Shown piece after piece: positions 28,423-37,846 of a stretch of 64,000 bases of DNA. The position numbers and the translations under genes are program-made. This stretch comes from a virus (lineage: Duplodnaviria > Caudoviricetes). The notes beneath the pieces were generated by a model. That model ran no database searches and had not been told where the DNA came from. It saw only the letters and a program-made list of their open reading frames with translations. Position 1 is the first letter of the stretch; each line of letters begins with the position of its first letter. The DNA lies in the IMG/VR virus record IMGVR_UViG_3300037400_002732, positions 96,001 through 160,000 of that record. One strand, 5' to 3'.

Positions 28423-31221
28423 ATGGACGCACCGTCAATCAGTTTGCTGAATTACACATTCCCTTTTGAAAAGGACGACTTTAGTACAGCCGTCCAGTTC
28501 AAGAATGCCGACAAGGTTGACGTAAGTGCGTACGTTCGATCCGTTGAACTTGAATCAATAAATGGAGCCGCCAACGGATGTTGGCTAACGCTCGAAGGCG
28601 ATGACAATGTACTGCTTAATTTTCCTAGCATTACTCCAGTTGAAAAAGAAACGTACCGCAAAATTCCGCTAAAGTTCGTTGTCGGCTATACCGACTACGA
28701 TGACGAAGATTACGACGATGCCGACGTAATGTACACGACCAACGTTATCAATGTGTATGCGACCGAGTTCGGCGATGCCGACCCAGTTATATACTACATC
28801 GAGAACCTTGCCAGCAAGGCTGGCGAAAGCGAAAGCGTAGTAATTCATGGCGGCAACCTCACTGACGGATTGAGTATAAAGTTATTCGACGGCGAAAATG
28901 AATATGTAATTCCTCCGGAGGACATCGTATTCGATATTGAGAAAGGAACCGCTACGTTCACTATCGCGCCAGGTATGCTCGACATGAACGATGACGGCAC
29001 TGAACCGTGTGGCCAGTATGAAATTTATTTCAGCTACGGCGACCAGAATTACGGCAACTCCGGTCTGGCTCTGATACGGTATAAGTACGATGCCGAAACC
29101 GAAGAAATGCAAAGATATTCAGTCGAGGCCGTAACTCGCGAGAAGGCTTGCTACGACACTGGCGAATTCTCTCTGGTGTTTGACAACGTCGATGAAAATG
29201 GCAATGCCGTTCTGAACGCCAAGGCGGATCCTCGATATGGCGAGTCCGTTGTTGTACGACGTCAGACGGCTTCGTATTACGAACAGAATCACTACGTCTA
29301 TCACGAGAACATCGACTCGCTATATGGCTTCATGAAGTTGAAGAACACGCTGGATGAATACGGAAATCCGACTATCCAGATTATGCAGTATGGCGAACTA
29401 TACAACGTCGATGACGACTATGCCGAGGTAAATCTTTGGCAAGGCTATCCCATCTACCTTGATGGCCAGACAAATTCAGAAGAGAATGGTCTCTGGTTCG
29501 TTACTGGCGGCGTATGGGTAAGGGATCCTTGCGAAGCTTTCGTATATACGATGGTTCGCGTAAAGCATAACAAGAATCTTACGCACAAGGCTGGCTTGCT
29601 GAAGCTGGACGGTGTGCAGTTGTATGATGGTGACGTGGTATGGCTATCCCACCAGCTCCGTGAAGAGGAGAACGGTTTGTGGGTTGTTCGAATTGGCGAA
29701 TGGGAAGGGTTCAATCCGTATGAGTACAATCCGATTTCTCCGGAACCGCTTGACTGTCCGGCCAACTGTCACAAGGAAGAAGTTGCCTTCCCAGTCACCG
29801 ACTTTGTATTGGTAGACTTGGGCGCGAAGGCTACTTACCAAGTAGACTATGTATGCCGTGACGATGTTCCATACAAGTGTGGGACTAGAACTATTTGCAA
29901 TTACAAGGTGTCGCCGGGCCATGTAGTCGCTCTGCTGAATCAGAAGGACGGTGGCGACGGAATTTATCTGGTGAAGTGTGGCGAATGGGAAAAGATTGGC
30001 GATGTTAGCGAAAGCGATGTCAGCGGAACCACCATTGACTTTAGCCATCAAGTCATCGTTCAGAACGATATTGACTTCTGTCAGTGTGGCGGAGTATTCC
30101 ATATTGATTATTTCTTCCTTACTCCGTCGTGCTATTTGAACCATCTTCAGCGCAGCGTGAAGATTATGTGCGGCGATGCGTCCATTGCTCCGAACCCAGC
30201 TGAATCTCAGTTCAGTATTACCGAATATGTTATCCGTGTCGGCGAGGAAGATGCGTTGATTGGTTACCAAGGCCGTACTCCAGGCGATCCGGTCAAGGAA
30301 GACTGTGTGGAAGCTAATGATGATTTTGAATACGATTTCGGTTTGACCCTTGTCGAACGCAGACAGTATGTCAAGAATCCGAGCTGCTTGCGCTCGCCTA
30401 TTTGCGAACCGATATGCGACGTGCCTCGCATATTCAACTTGCGTACTACCAAGGACTATACGAACAGTAACGACCGTAATGGGTTTACGATAAAGTTCTG
30501 GCGTCATGAAGAAGACGGCTGGCACCTTTATGCCTACATCGGTTCTGGTATGCAAAATACTGGCATGGACTACTATGTGTATCACCTTCATGTGAAAGGC
30601 AAGGCGACCGAGAACCAAGTCGATGTGAACGAGCACGACTGGTTTACTGTGACGACTGGCTACATTGCCGATGGCGACGGATTAGTGTACGATGATGAAA
30701 ACCATATAATTGGATCAGATTCGTTCGGACTCTATGATGACAAGTGGGAATTCGAGGTGGTTGATAGCAACGGTGATTCGCATATTGAACATACGTTAAA
30801 CCGCGACACATTGTATATGCCGTGGCGTATTTCGTGTACTACGAATCTGTTGGCTCATGGCTCCCTTTATGATCATGAACCGAGGACAACTTGCCAAGAC
30901 ATGGAAATGGGTTCAAAGACCATCGAAGCGATTGGCGACGTATGCGATTACTGCAACGGTACTGGGATAGATGACAATGGTGACAAATGCGCGGTGTGCG
31001 ATGGTACTGGTCGTTCGCCGTCTGGATATCTGGTTGGCATGTTGCATGTATTCGACGTAGCCTACTACACAACGGCCATGACAAAATCGCAGTTTGTCGC
31101 AGAGTACAACAAGTACGCCAGCAGCAAGACGGATTGCATCTGGTATGAATTTAACGAAGTCATCGCAACCGATGATGAAGATCCGATTGTAACGGATGAT
31201 AATGAACTTATAAGGAGATAG
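28423..31221 (+). CDS. Cys-rich fibre/virion protein
   Basis: Three Q..(N/D)G(L/I)(W/Y).V..G.W modules typical of fibre N-termini; two CxxCxGxG motifs near the C-terminus. Confidence 0.6.
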   Translation: MDAPSISLLNYTFPFEKDDFSTAVQFKNADKVDVSAYVRSVELESINGAANGCWLTLEGDDNVLLNFPSITPVEKETYRKIPLKFVVGYTDYDDEDYDDADVMYTTNVINVYATEFGDADPVIYYIENLASKAGESESVVIHGGNLTDGLSIKLFDGENEYVIPPEDIVFDIEKGTATFTIAPGMLDMNDDGTEPCGQYEIYFSYGDQNYGNSGLALIRYKYDAETEEMQRYSVEAVTREKACYDTGEFSLVFDNVDENGNAVLNAKADPRYGESVVVRRQTASYYEQNHYVYHENIDSLYGFMKLKNTLDEYGNPTIQIMQYGELYNVDDDYAEVNLWQGYPIYLDGQTNSEENGLWFVTGGVWVRDPCEAFVYTMVRVKHNKNLTHKAGLLKLDGVQLYDGDVVWLSHQLREEENGLWVVRIGEWEGFNPYEYNPISPEPLDCPANCHKEEVAFPVTDFVLVDLGAKATYQVDYVCRDDVPYKCGTRTICNYKVSPGHVVALLNQKDGGDGIYLVKCGEWEKIGDVSESDVSGTTIDFSHQVIVQNDIDFCQCGGVFHIDYFFLTPSCYLNHLQRSVKIMCGDASIAPNPAESQFSITEYVIRVGEEDALIGYQGRTPGDPVKEDCVEANDDFEYDFGLTLVERRQYVKNPSCLRSPICEPICDVPRIFNLRTTKDYTNSNDRNGFTIKFWRHEEDGWHLYAYIGSGMQNTGMDYYVYHLHVKGKATENQVDVNEHDWFTVTTGYIADGDGLVYDDENHIIGSDSFGLYDDKWEFEVVDSNGDSHIEHTLNRDTLYMPWRISCTTNLLAHGSLYDHEPRTTCQDMEMGSKTIEAIGDVCDYCNGTGIDDNGDKCAVCDGTGRSPSGYLVGMLHVFDVAYYTTAMTKSQFVAEYNKYASSKTDCIWYEFNEVIATDDEDPIVTDDNELIRR

Positions 31222-31225
31222 CTGT

Positions 31226-32272
31226 ATGTCCAACTTGAACGAGATAAAATATGTTACGATTTGGAAATTGGACACGCGAGAAGGTGCTACCGCGACCGAG
31301 TCTCGCGACTGGTTACCAGTAACACATATTGACAAGATTCGTGGCCGTATTACAGTCAAGGCACCGTATCCGATTGGTGATTACGATGTCGTGACCGCCG
31401 AGAGCAAGGAATGCGAAACTTGTGAGGGACTTGGCTATCTGCAGAAGGTTGCGTGTCCTACGTGCAATGATACTCATTTAATGGAATGCCCGGTATGCCA
31501 TGGAAGGAAAACCGCTGGCTGCGATACTCAAGAATTGTGCGCATATTGCGGCGGATCTGGTCGAGTTCCTTGTGAGACATGCTATAGCGGTTCCAAGGAA
31601 TTCTGGGTTCCGACTGACCATTGCACTGGCGATGATTGCGTTCCGTGTCCAGACTGTAATGGTACTGGATATGCTGGTGGCGGTGGCGTCATATCGGTTA
31701 CTCCGGAAGGCGTTATCACTCTGCGATACGATTCAGTGACTTTGGGCATTACCGACGACGGTAGACTCTTTGCTCGTTTGAAGGTAAAGTCGGATGGCGG
31801 CATTGGAATCACGGAAGATAGCGAACTGTTTGTTAAGGTAGATGAATCTACTATTCGCTTAGTGAACGGACAACTGACTGCCGTGTATCATCCAGCAACC
31901 ATGAAGGCGTCTGGCGAAGCAGATACAGTTGAACAGCAGTCCCAACGTATTGATACTGCTCTGGTTGTTACAGATGAGTCGGTAAAACGTGTTCATGCAT
32001 TTTTGTCACTTGATCTGCATTCACTTAATTATGACGAAGCTGCTTCCATGTACAATATTACCGTGTCGTTGGTCGCTGGTCGTGATGGCGCAGTTAATGT
32101 ACAGTTCAGCCCGATAACATGGGATTTGACGGTGCCGTACACTATGTTGAATTTCGATACGATTATCGACAACATTCCGTATGGGTATGAGTTTTATGTT
32201 CAGCTTGACTGCGACGAGAACATGCCCGTCGGAAACAAGATCAACTGGTCGATGAACGTTGTTTCTTGCTAA
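31226..32272 (+). CDS. Fibre-like protein with DnaJ-type CxxCxGxG zinc-finger repeats
   Basis: CETCEGLG, CPTC, CPVCHG, CAYCGGSG, CETC, CPDCNGTG, then fibre-like repeats (VKVDESTIRLVNGQL). Confidence 0.65.
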   Translation: MSNLNEIKYVTIWKLDTREGATATESRDWLPVTHIDKIRGRITVKAPYPIGDYDVVTAESKECETCEGLGYLQKVACPTCNDTHLMECPVCHGRKTAGCDTQELCAYCGGSGRVPCETCYSGSKEFWVPTDHCTGDDCVPCPDCNGTGYAGGGGVISVTPEGVITLRYDSVTLGITDDGRLFARLKVKSDGGIGITEDSELFVKVDESTIRLVNGQLTAVYHPATMKASGEADTVEQQSQRIDTALVVTDESVKRVHAFLSLDLHSLNYDEAASMYNITVSLVAGRDGAVNVQFSPITWDLTVPYTMLNFDTIIDNIPYGYEFYVQLDCDENMPVGNKINWSMNVVSC

Positions 32273-32312
32273 ATGAAGTAATTTATCAAGTAGATGTAAC
32301 ATTGGATTACAG

Positions 32313-33095
32313 ATGGCGAATAAGAATATTAACGGGCCGAAGAAGCGTCCGGCCAATCCAGCGGTGTTTGACGAAAAGGGCCGTCAGACAGTCGCTTCAA
32401 TGAAGTACGACAAGATTGATAAAGATTACCTCACCAAGCTACTCTTGGAACATAAGCGTGACGTTGAACTGTACGGAAAAGGCTACCCAGTTTCGGACGA
32501 CCTAGCCACTGCCATTCAAGTGGTCATCAAGAAGACTGCTGGCATGATGTCATGGCGAAAGTACACCGATCCTTGGAAGGAAGAAATGTACGCCCGCGCA
32601 CAGTTCTGTACCCTCAAGTATTGCCATTCGTTCGACCCGAACAAGATGGCGGAAAATTCGAAGAACAAGGATCCGTACTACTACCTCGGACAGATAGTCT
32701 CTCGCGCTTTCATGCAGCAAGTGACAGACCTCAAGAAGAAGTCCAAGTACATCAAGTTTACCTCGCTCAACGAAAATATTCTCCATACTTGCGTGAACAT
32801 CGACGAATATGCTGGCGTCATCGAACGCGAAGAGCAGCGTAAGAAGGATGAAGTAAATGCTAACCTTGCCATGGAACACAGCAACATTGCTGACGCAGTT
32901 GACGTTCTTGAGAAGGTTGATCCGTACATGGATCAGAAGGTGCTAGACCTTGCCAAGAAGCTTGTCGATGAAGAAGGTATCAGCGAGGATGCTGCATACA
33001 AGGAAGCAAAACGAATTTTGGCCGCTCGCAAGCAGAAGGCCGCCAAGGAAAAGAAATCTGCGGCAGCAAAGAAGCTTGCGGAGACCAAAAAATAG
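32313..33095 (+). CDS. gp55: Late transcription sigma factor (T4 gp55 family)
   Basis: YTDPWKEEM..KYCHSFDPNK..DPYYYLGQIVSRAFMQ resembles the gp55 YT..WK.EM / NP.AY.TQ...NAF.Q pattern. Confidence 0.8.
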   Translation: MANKNINGPKKRPANPAVFDEKGRQTVASMKYDKIDKDYLTKLLLEHKRDVELYGKGYPVSDDLATAIQVVIKKTAGMMSWRKYTDPWKEEMYARAQFCTLKYCHSFDPNKMAENSKNKDPYYYLGQIVSRAFMQQVTDLKKKSKYIKFTSLNENILHTCVNIDEYAGVIEREEQRKKDEVNANLAMEHSNIADAVDVLEKVDPYMDQKVLDLAKKLVDEEGISEDAAYKEAKRILAARKQKAAKEKKSAAAKKLAETKK

Positions 33096-33128
33096 AACAA
33101 CATTCATAGTGTTCTCCTTTAGGTTCAG

Positions 33129-33158
33129 AAGGTCGCTGGGGTAACCTGGCGGCCTTTT
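33129..33158 (+). terminator. Terminator after gp55
   Basis: AAGGTCGCTGGG-GTAA-CCTGGCGGCCTT followed by TT. Confidence 0.8.
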
Positions 33159-33204
33159 GTTTATGCAACATTTGATGCTTTTAAATGAAACTAAACTTGT
33201 TTCA

Positions 33205-33216
33205 ATGTGATAAACT
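33205..33216 (+). promoter_or_regulatory. Late promoter variant ATGTGATAAACT
   Basis: 24 nt before ATG 33241. Confidence 0.7.
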
Positions 33217-33240
33217 ACGTTCAAAGTCAAGGATAAAATT

Positions 33241-33720
33241 ATGGCTCAGAAAATTGACAGCGGAAATGTATTGGGAATGTATGCGACGAATTTCGACACG
33301 CATCCAGATTGGAAGCACGACATCTATGTTCAAACACAGAGCCTTATTCCTGGCGTAATGGATATCAAGTCTGGTAAGGCCAATGACTTCGTGAAACGTG
33401 CCGAGACCCAGATGTACTGGCATACGGAAGACCGTCTAGCGGCTGAACAAGACAAATTCCTCGAAAATGACCCAGTGAACAACACGCCGGGACGTGGTCA
33501 GAAGAATTATCGCCGCATGGAATACGATATTACCAAGAATCCTAACGGCAAGGGCGCGGAAGAAGACCGTGAAGAGGCCGAGAACCGCGAGGTTCTGACC
33601 AAGGATGAACTGATGAACATCCTCAACAACGTGCGCTACACGGTATGTTCTACGGCGTCGGCATGGGGCGACAAGCCCATCCAGCAGAAGGATTATCAAG
33701 ACCAGATCAAGCTTAGGTAG
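33241..33720 (+). CDS. Hypothetical late protein
   Basis: Own late promoter, AAGGA SD and terminator. Confidence 0.75.
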   Translation: MAQKIDSGNVLGMYATNFDTHPDWKHDIYVQTQSLIPGVMDIKSGKANDFVKRAETQMYWHTEDRLAAEQDKFLENDPVNNTPGRGQKNYRRMEYDITKNPNGKGAEEDREEAENREVLTKDELMNILNNVRYTVCSTASAWGDKPIQQKDYQDQIKLR

Positions 33721-33746
33721 TGGTTTTCTTCCTTTTACACTACCTT

Positions 33747-33780
33747 GGAGGTCGCCGTGAGGCGGCCTCCTCTCTTTTTT
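33747..33780 (+). terminator. Rho-independent terminator
   Basis: GGAGGTCGCC-GTGA-GGCGGCCTCC followed by TCTCTTTTTT. Confidence 0.85.
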
Positions 33781-33795
33781 GGCATGGATTTTGCT
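33780..33795 (+). promoter_or_regulatory. Sigma54 (-24/-12) promoter
   Basis: TGGCATGGATTTTGCT = GG-N10-GC, 45 nt before the hsp20 ATG. Confidence 0.65.
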
Positions 33796-33840
33796 TATGA
33801 TATGGCAAAAGGAAATAATTTTCACTCAAAAGGAGTTTTT

Positions 33841-34284
33841 ATGATTAATCCGTTATTCTCTGTCCCTACGTTCAATCTCTTCGGCGTTGACCCGTTCGAT
33901 CACGGCGAGTCCAATGTAGCAAATGGTTTCACCCAGTTGGTGAACGACTTGTCTGCGATGATAGATACGCCAACGCCGAATGCTGACGCACTAAAGTTCC
34001 GTAGGCCGAATGGCCGTGCCGAACGCACTCCGGAAGTGGATACGTTCTGGCTAGAATTGCCTGGATGTAAAAAGGAAGACCTCGACATTACTTACGAAAA
34101 TGATGTCATTACGGTTGTCGCAAAGCGCGTTGTCGGTCAAAAGGAAACAACGTTCAAGACGCCGATTGTCACCGACAAGGATGTCGCGAACGCCAAGCTT
34201 AACTATGAAGATGGCTTGTTGACCATCACGGTATATCCGAAGGCAAAAAAGGAACCCGAAGTGAAAAAGCTTGAGGTTCGATAG
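33841..34284 (+). CDS. hsp20: Small heat-shock protein (Hsp20/alpha-crystallin)
   Basis: LELPGCKKEDLDITYENDVITV..AKLNYEDGLLTITVYPK; AAAGGAG SD sets the start at 33841. Confidence 0.9.
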   Translation: MINPLFSVPTFNLFGVDPFDHGESNVANGFTQLVNDLSAMIDTPTPNADALKFRRPNGRAERTPEVDTFWLELPGCKKEDLDITYENDVITVVAKRVVGQKETTFKTPIVTDKDVANAKLNYEDGLLTITVYPKAKKEPEVKKLEVR

Positions 34285-34323
34285 TAGAGATTCACTTAAC
34301 CAAGGAAAAGTCAAAAGAAAACG

Positions 34324-34351
34324 AAAAGACCGCTGGAAGGCGGTCTTTTTT
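34324..34351. terminator. Bidirectional terminator
   Basis: AAAAGACCGCT-GGAA-GGCGGTCTTTTTT between convergent genes. Confidence 0.85.
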
Positions 34352-34370
34352 GTCATGAATGAAATCTATT

Positions 34371-35099
34371 CTAATTGAGGTTGTCTGCTGGAGTAGCGAT
34401 GTATGCTACAACATCGTAGTTGTTTGTTCTATTGGATTTTCTTGCAAATGCAACGTGATCTGAGTCTTCGTCAATCCATTCTAGTCTTTCTTTAAACTCA
34501 GGGGAAGACAGAGAAGCGGACTTAATTTTATGTATTTTGCTGGCAATCCATTCTCGACTCTCTTCTAGTGTATGTCCGCTGTCTGAGTGGACGTATGCTG
34601 AATTTTCGGTGAGACCGTGAGTACCATCTGCTCCGCAGAAGTCACGTAGACGCTGGATAGTTGCCATCACAGACTGTTGGTCGCCGTCATTGGTTATAAT
34701 GTGAATTGTTGTCAATGCATAGTTTTCGTCTGTTGTATCAATCGGATTTCGGCCAAAGCTGAGACTTTCTAGTGTAACTTTGTTTGGGTTTTCCGAAAGC
34801 CAGTTGCGGTAGTAGTTGATGCTCCTACGGACGGATTGGAAGTTTTCCGTTCCGGCGGCCTTCATCGCTTCCATGGTGAGCGATTCTAGGAATACCTTCG
34901 GCTCGGTGTCGCCGCGCAGCTTTTCGAGTGCTTCGATCGACTCGAACTTTGCTTTGTCTGCATCGGACAGCGTTGGGTCGATATCATGGATAAGACCGAA
35001 CGCCTTTACGACGGCTTCCAGCTTTGCTGAGTTGTTCTCGTTTATGAGCTGACGAGTTTTGAAGATGAAATACTTTTCTGGTTCGGTAGCTTGACGCAT
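34371..35099 (-). CDS. Hypothetical late protein, possible internal head protein
   Basis: GGAG SD before MRQATE; minus-strand late promoter; repeated LEA/FES/LES motifs. Confidence 0.65.
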   Translation of the reverse strand: MRQATEPEKYFIFKTRQLINENNSAKLEAVVKAFGLIHDIDPTLSDADKAKFESIEALEKLRGDTEPKVFLESLTMEAMKAAGTENFQSVRRSINYYRNWLSENPNKVTLESLSFGRNPIDTTDENYALTTIHIITNDGDQQSVMATIQRLRDFCGADGTHGLTENSAYVHSDSGHTLEESREWIASKIHKIKSASLSSPEFKERLEWIDEDSDHVAFARKSNRTNNYDVVAYIATPADNLN

Positions 35100-35124
35100 G
35101 GTATGGTCTCCGTATTCTGAATGC

Positions 35125-35136
35125 AGTTTATCGGTT
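35125..35136 (-). promoter_or_regulatory. Late promoter variant AACCGATAAACT
   Basis: 25 nt before minus-strand ATG 35099. Confidence 0.7.
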
Positions 35137-35149
35137 TTAAAAATGGCTG

Positions 35150-35161
35150 CACAGATAAACT
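35150..35161 (+). promoter_or_regulatory. Late promoter variant CACAGATAAACT
   Basis: 20 nt before the gp15 ATG. Confidence 0.7.
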
Positions 35162-35181
35162 GACCATGTAGAGGATAACGC

Positions 35182-36780
35182 ATGACACCGTATTACTACG
35201 TTAGGGAAATTGAAAAGATTATGATCGCGATAATGGACGTGTTCAATAATCTAAGAGTCAAGAAATACAAGGATCTGAACCGCAAGGATGCAGACCGTAC
35301 CGTAGCAGTGCCTATCGTTACGCATAATAGCAGCAATTTTACGAATCTCTGGGCATCTACGCAGACCCAGCAAGAACCTATGCCAGTACCCATTATTGGA
35401 TTTCGGTTCACTGGGAACTCGCATGACGATGCCAACATGGTTCAGCCTTGCTACGCTCGCGAAATTCTTTCGCCGTCAATGCAGAAATTCATCCGCGACA
35501 TCCAGCCGACTCCGCAATTATTCAAGTTTGAAATGACTGCGCTGTCGAACAATATTTCTGACTATTACCAGATCAAGGAAAACATTGAAGCCTACTTCAA
35601 CAAGTACCGTACAGTCCGAATAAAGGAGTTCGACTTTGCTCCAGAAATTGAACGTCCTATTCCGTTCAGCGTTACTTGGGCCGATTCAATCGAAGACGAG
35701 AAGGCGAACGACAGTAAGGAATACCAGCTGTTCAAGACGACCTATACGATCGAAGCGCATGGCGTGTATCACCGTAGGTATGAAATTCCGGCTATCATCA
35801 AGTATGCACAAATGAATTTTAATATCAACAACGAGTTGATAGATTCGCTGCAAGTATTTGTATATCCGGACGAGATTGCCCAGCAGAAGAAGCAGCTGTG
35901 GGAAACTATCGAGCCGTCCATCAGAGAAGGCTGGTCGCTTTTGAAGACGTTCACTCGTACGCTTGTCCGTAAAGTTGATGAGGATGGCGACGAATACTGG
36001 AAGGATGAAACGCTGAAGCACTATGACTTGACGTACGTCGAACCTACTGAATACAACAAGGTAGGCAACCCCATTGCTGGTTATAACCCTACCATGAAGG
36101 GGTACAAGACCGACGCCGACGGCAATTACATCAAGGACAAGGATGGCGATCTCATTCCTATATACGACTGGGAAGAAGTCGTTGTCGGCGATGTCAACCG
36201 CCCAGTAGAGGTGCCGTCGTTTGATCTGCTGCATTTGAATTTTGACGAGGATTCCGATACGGAGCATGACTTTAGCGGAATGAATCGTGACTTTGTTGCG
36301 GTTAATTCTGCAGCTCGTGAATTTGTTCCGGACATGGCTCCAGGAAACGGTAGTTATGCACCAGACGGCTATGCGGCTGGTACTGACTGGTCGCAAATCC
36401 TTAACTGGTTCGGCGACAACAAGGATGGAAAGATTGAGTCATCGTACACATTCAAGGCGACGTTGCAGTTCAAGCGTCCGAATGTCGATACGGTGTTCCA
36501 GTATTTATACAATCCGAAGTCGGTTACGCTCAGCGACGGAACTGTCATTCCGGCAGAAGCTGTATGGTTTGACTGGGGTATTCAAGACAATAGGCTTTAT
36601 TTTACCTACCATACCACTACGCAATATAGGCGTTTCGTCAGCGCGAAGACAGTCTTCGATGACAAGACGATCTATTCGATTTACTTCGTTCTGTACAATG
36701 AAGGACAGAACGGCGCGTTCGGTATTCGTACAAACTTCTCCGATACCATGATTGCGTTGGAGACAAAGGAAGCTAAATGA
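35182..36780 (+). CDS. gp15: Tail sheath stabilizer/terminator (gp15-like) with a long C-terminal extension
   Basis: YYYVREIEKIMIAIMDVFNNLRV..VPI, PIIGFRFTG, QIKENIEAYFN. Confidence 0.75.
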   Translation: MTPYYYVREIEKIMIAIMDVFNNLRVKKYKDLNRKDADRTVAVPIVTHNSSNFTNLWASTQTQQEPMPVPIIGFRFTGNSHDDANMVQPCYAREILSPSMQKFIRDIQPTPQLFKFEMTALSNNISDYYQIKENIEAYFNKYRTVRIKEFDFAPEIERPIPFSVTWADSIEDEKANDSKEYQLFKTTYTIEAHGVYHRRYEIPAIIKYAQMNFNINNELIDSLQVFVYPDEIAQQKKQLWETIEPSIREGWSLLKTFTRTLVRKVDEDGDEYWKDETLKHYDLTYVEPTEYNKVGNPIAGYNPTMKGYKTDADGNYIKDKDGDLIPIYDWEEVVVGDVNRPVEVPSFDLLHLNFDEDSDTEHDFSGMNRDFVAVNSAAREFVPDMAPGNGSYAPDGYAAGTDWSQILNWFGDNKDGKIESSYTFKATLQFKRPNVDTVFQYLYNPKSVTLSDGTVIPAEAVWFDWGIQDNRLYFTYHTTTQYRRFVSAKTVFDDKTIYSIYFVLYNEGQNGAFGIRTNFSDTMIALETKEAK

Positions 36781-37106
36781 TAGACTTTGACGCGATGCTG
36801 AGAAAGAAGGAGGCGGAGCACAAGGCTTCTTTGAACCAGAACCCAGCAGAAATGCCTCACGCCAACATTTCCATTCCCAAGATGGACGCTATAAAGAATT
36901 TCTTCGAAGACCGAGAATATGACGGTAAGCCGGTAAAGATTGACGGAATTCCGAGCATGGCGGCGGTCAACAAGATGATTCGTGAAGAGCAGAACGAAGA
37001 GTTCATGCATCGCGACGATAAGCTTCAAACATTCCACTTTGTTAAAGAAACTAACAACCAGCATCCCTACGATGCGTATTTCCAAAGGAAAAGAGAAAAT
37101 GATTGA
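36777..37106 (+). CDS. Hypothetical protein
   Basis: ATGA overlap with gp15. Confidence 0.65.
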   Translation: MIDFDAMLRKKEAEHKASLNQNPAEMPHANISIPKMDAIKNFFEDREYDGKPVKIDGIPSMAAVNKMIREEQNEEFMHRDDKLQTFHFVKETNNQHPYDAYFQRKREND

Positions 37107-37746
37107 TTTGGTCAGTAGACTGAAAGTCACACGCGCTACGACTTGCGCACCAGCACCCGCACCGAAGGAAGTCGTCAAAGCACCTTCGGTAGTTAAAATC
37201 CCGGCTCCGACTGTAGCCAAGGTTGCACCGATCGTGCCAGACGCAAGTGCTGGTCACAAGATCTGCTACTCCAAGTCTCGTGACGAGGCGTTGATCAATG
37301 CGGCTGTGGCCCACAAGCTTGCCGAGGCTACCCATTGTGACGAACGCCAGTTCAACGAGACGGTTCTTGCCGCGCTCAGGAACGAGTATCAGCAGTGGCT
37401 TATTGACAATGCCGATTTGTTCAACGACGCAGAACCGTTGTTCTTTACGCCGAAGCCGCTTGGCGTTGGTGGCGAGATCGACAATGACCCGGTTCCGCCG
37501 TCCGCACCGATTCCGATGGTCAACGGAATTTCTGTCGGCGAGGAAGCTGGCGACACGCTTGTAGTGACTGCTCCGACTCCCAAGAAGAAGAGCTCACGCA
37601 AGAAGAAGACCGAGGAGGCCCCAGTAGTCGAAGCTCCGGCTGAGGAAACCGTTACAGCTAGTGAACCGACTGTAGTGGAGGCCGCCGAAGAAACAGCTGT
37701 CTCCGATCCGCTTGGTACGCTGCTCGGTGAACCGTCCGAAACGTAA
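37099..37746 (+). CDS. Hypothetical Pro/Ala/Glu-rich protein
   Basis: Start MIDLVS overlaps the upstream stop. Confidence 0.65.
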   Translation: MIDLVSRLKVTRATTCAPAPAPKEVVKAPSVVKIPAPTVAKVAPIVPDASAGHKICYSKSRDEALINAAVAHKLAEATHCDERQFNETVLAALRNEYQQWLIDNADLFNDAEPLFFTPKPLGVGGEIDNDPVPPSAPIPMVNGISVGEEAGDTLVVTAPTPKKKSSRKKKTEEAPVVEAPAEETVTASEPTVVEAAEETAVSDPLGTLLGEPSET

Positions 37747-37772
37747 ATTTCCGTTTACCTAAAATGTAAACA

Positions 37773-37803
37773 AAAGCTGACTTGTGACCCAAGTCAGCCT
37801 TTC
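37773..37803 (+). terminator. Terminator hairpin
   Basis: GCTGACTTG-TGACC-CAAGTCAGC followed by CTTTC. Confidence 0.65.
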
Positions 37804-37846
37804 TTGTACTAGATAAGCTATATTATGACTGTAGAGGGGAATCGAA

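Noticed and set aside
31226-32272. DnaJ chaperone
   Set aside because: No J-domain or HPD motif; only the zinc-finger repeats are shared.
33745-33840. Upstream extension of Hsp20
   Set aside because: It overlaps a terminator and promoter; the strong AAAGGAG SD supports 33841.
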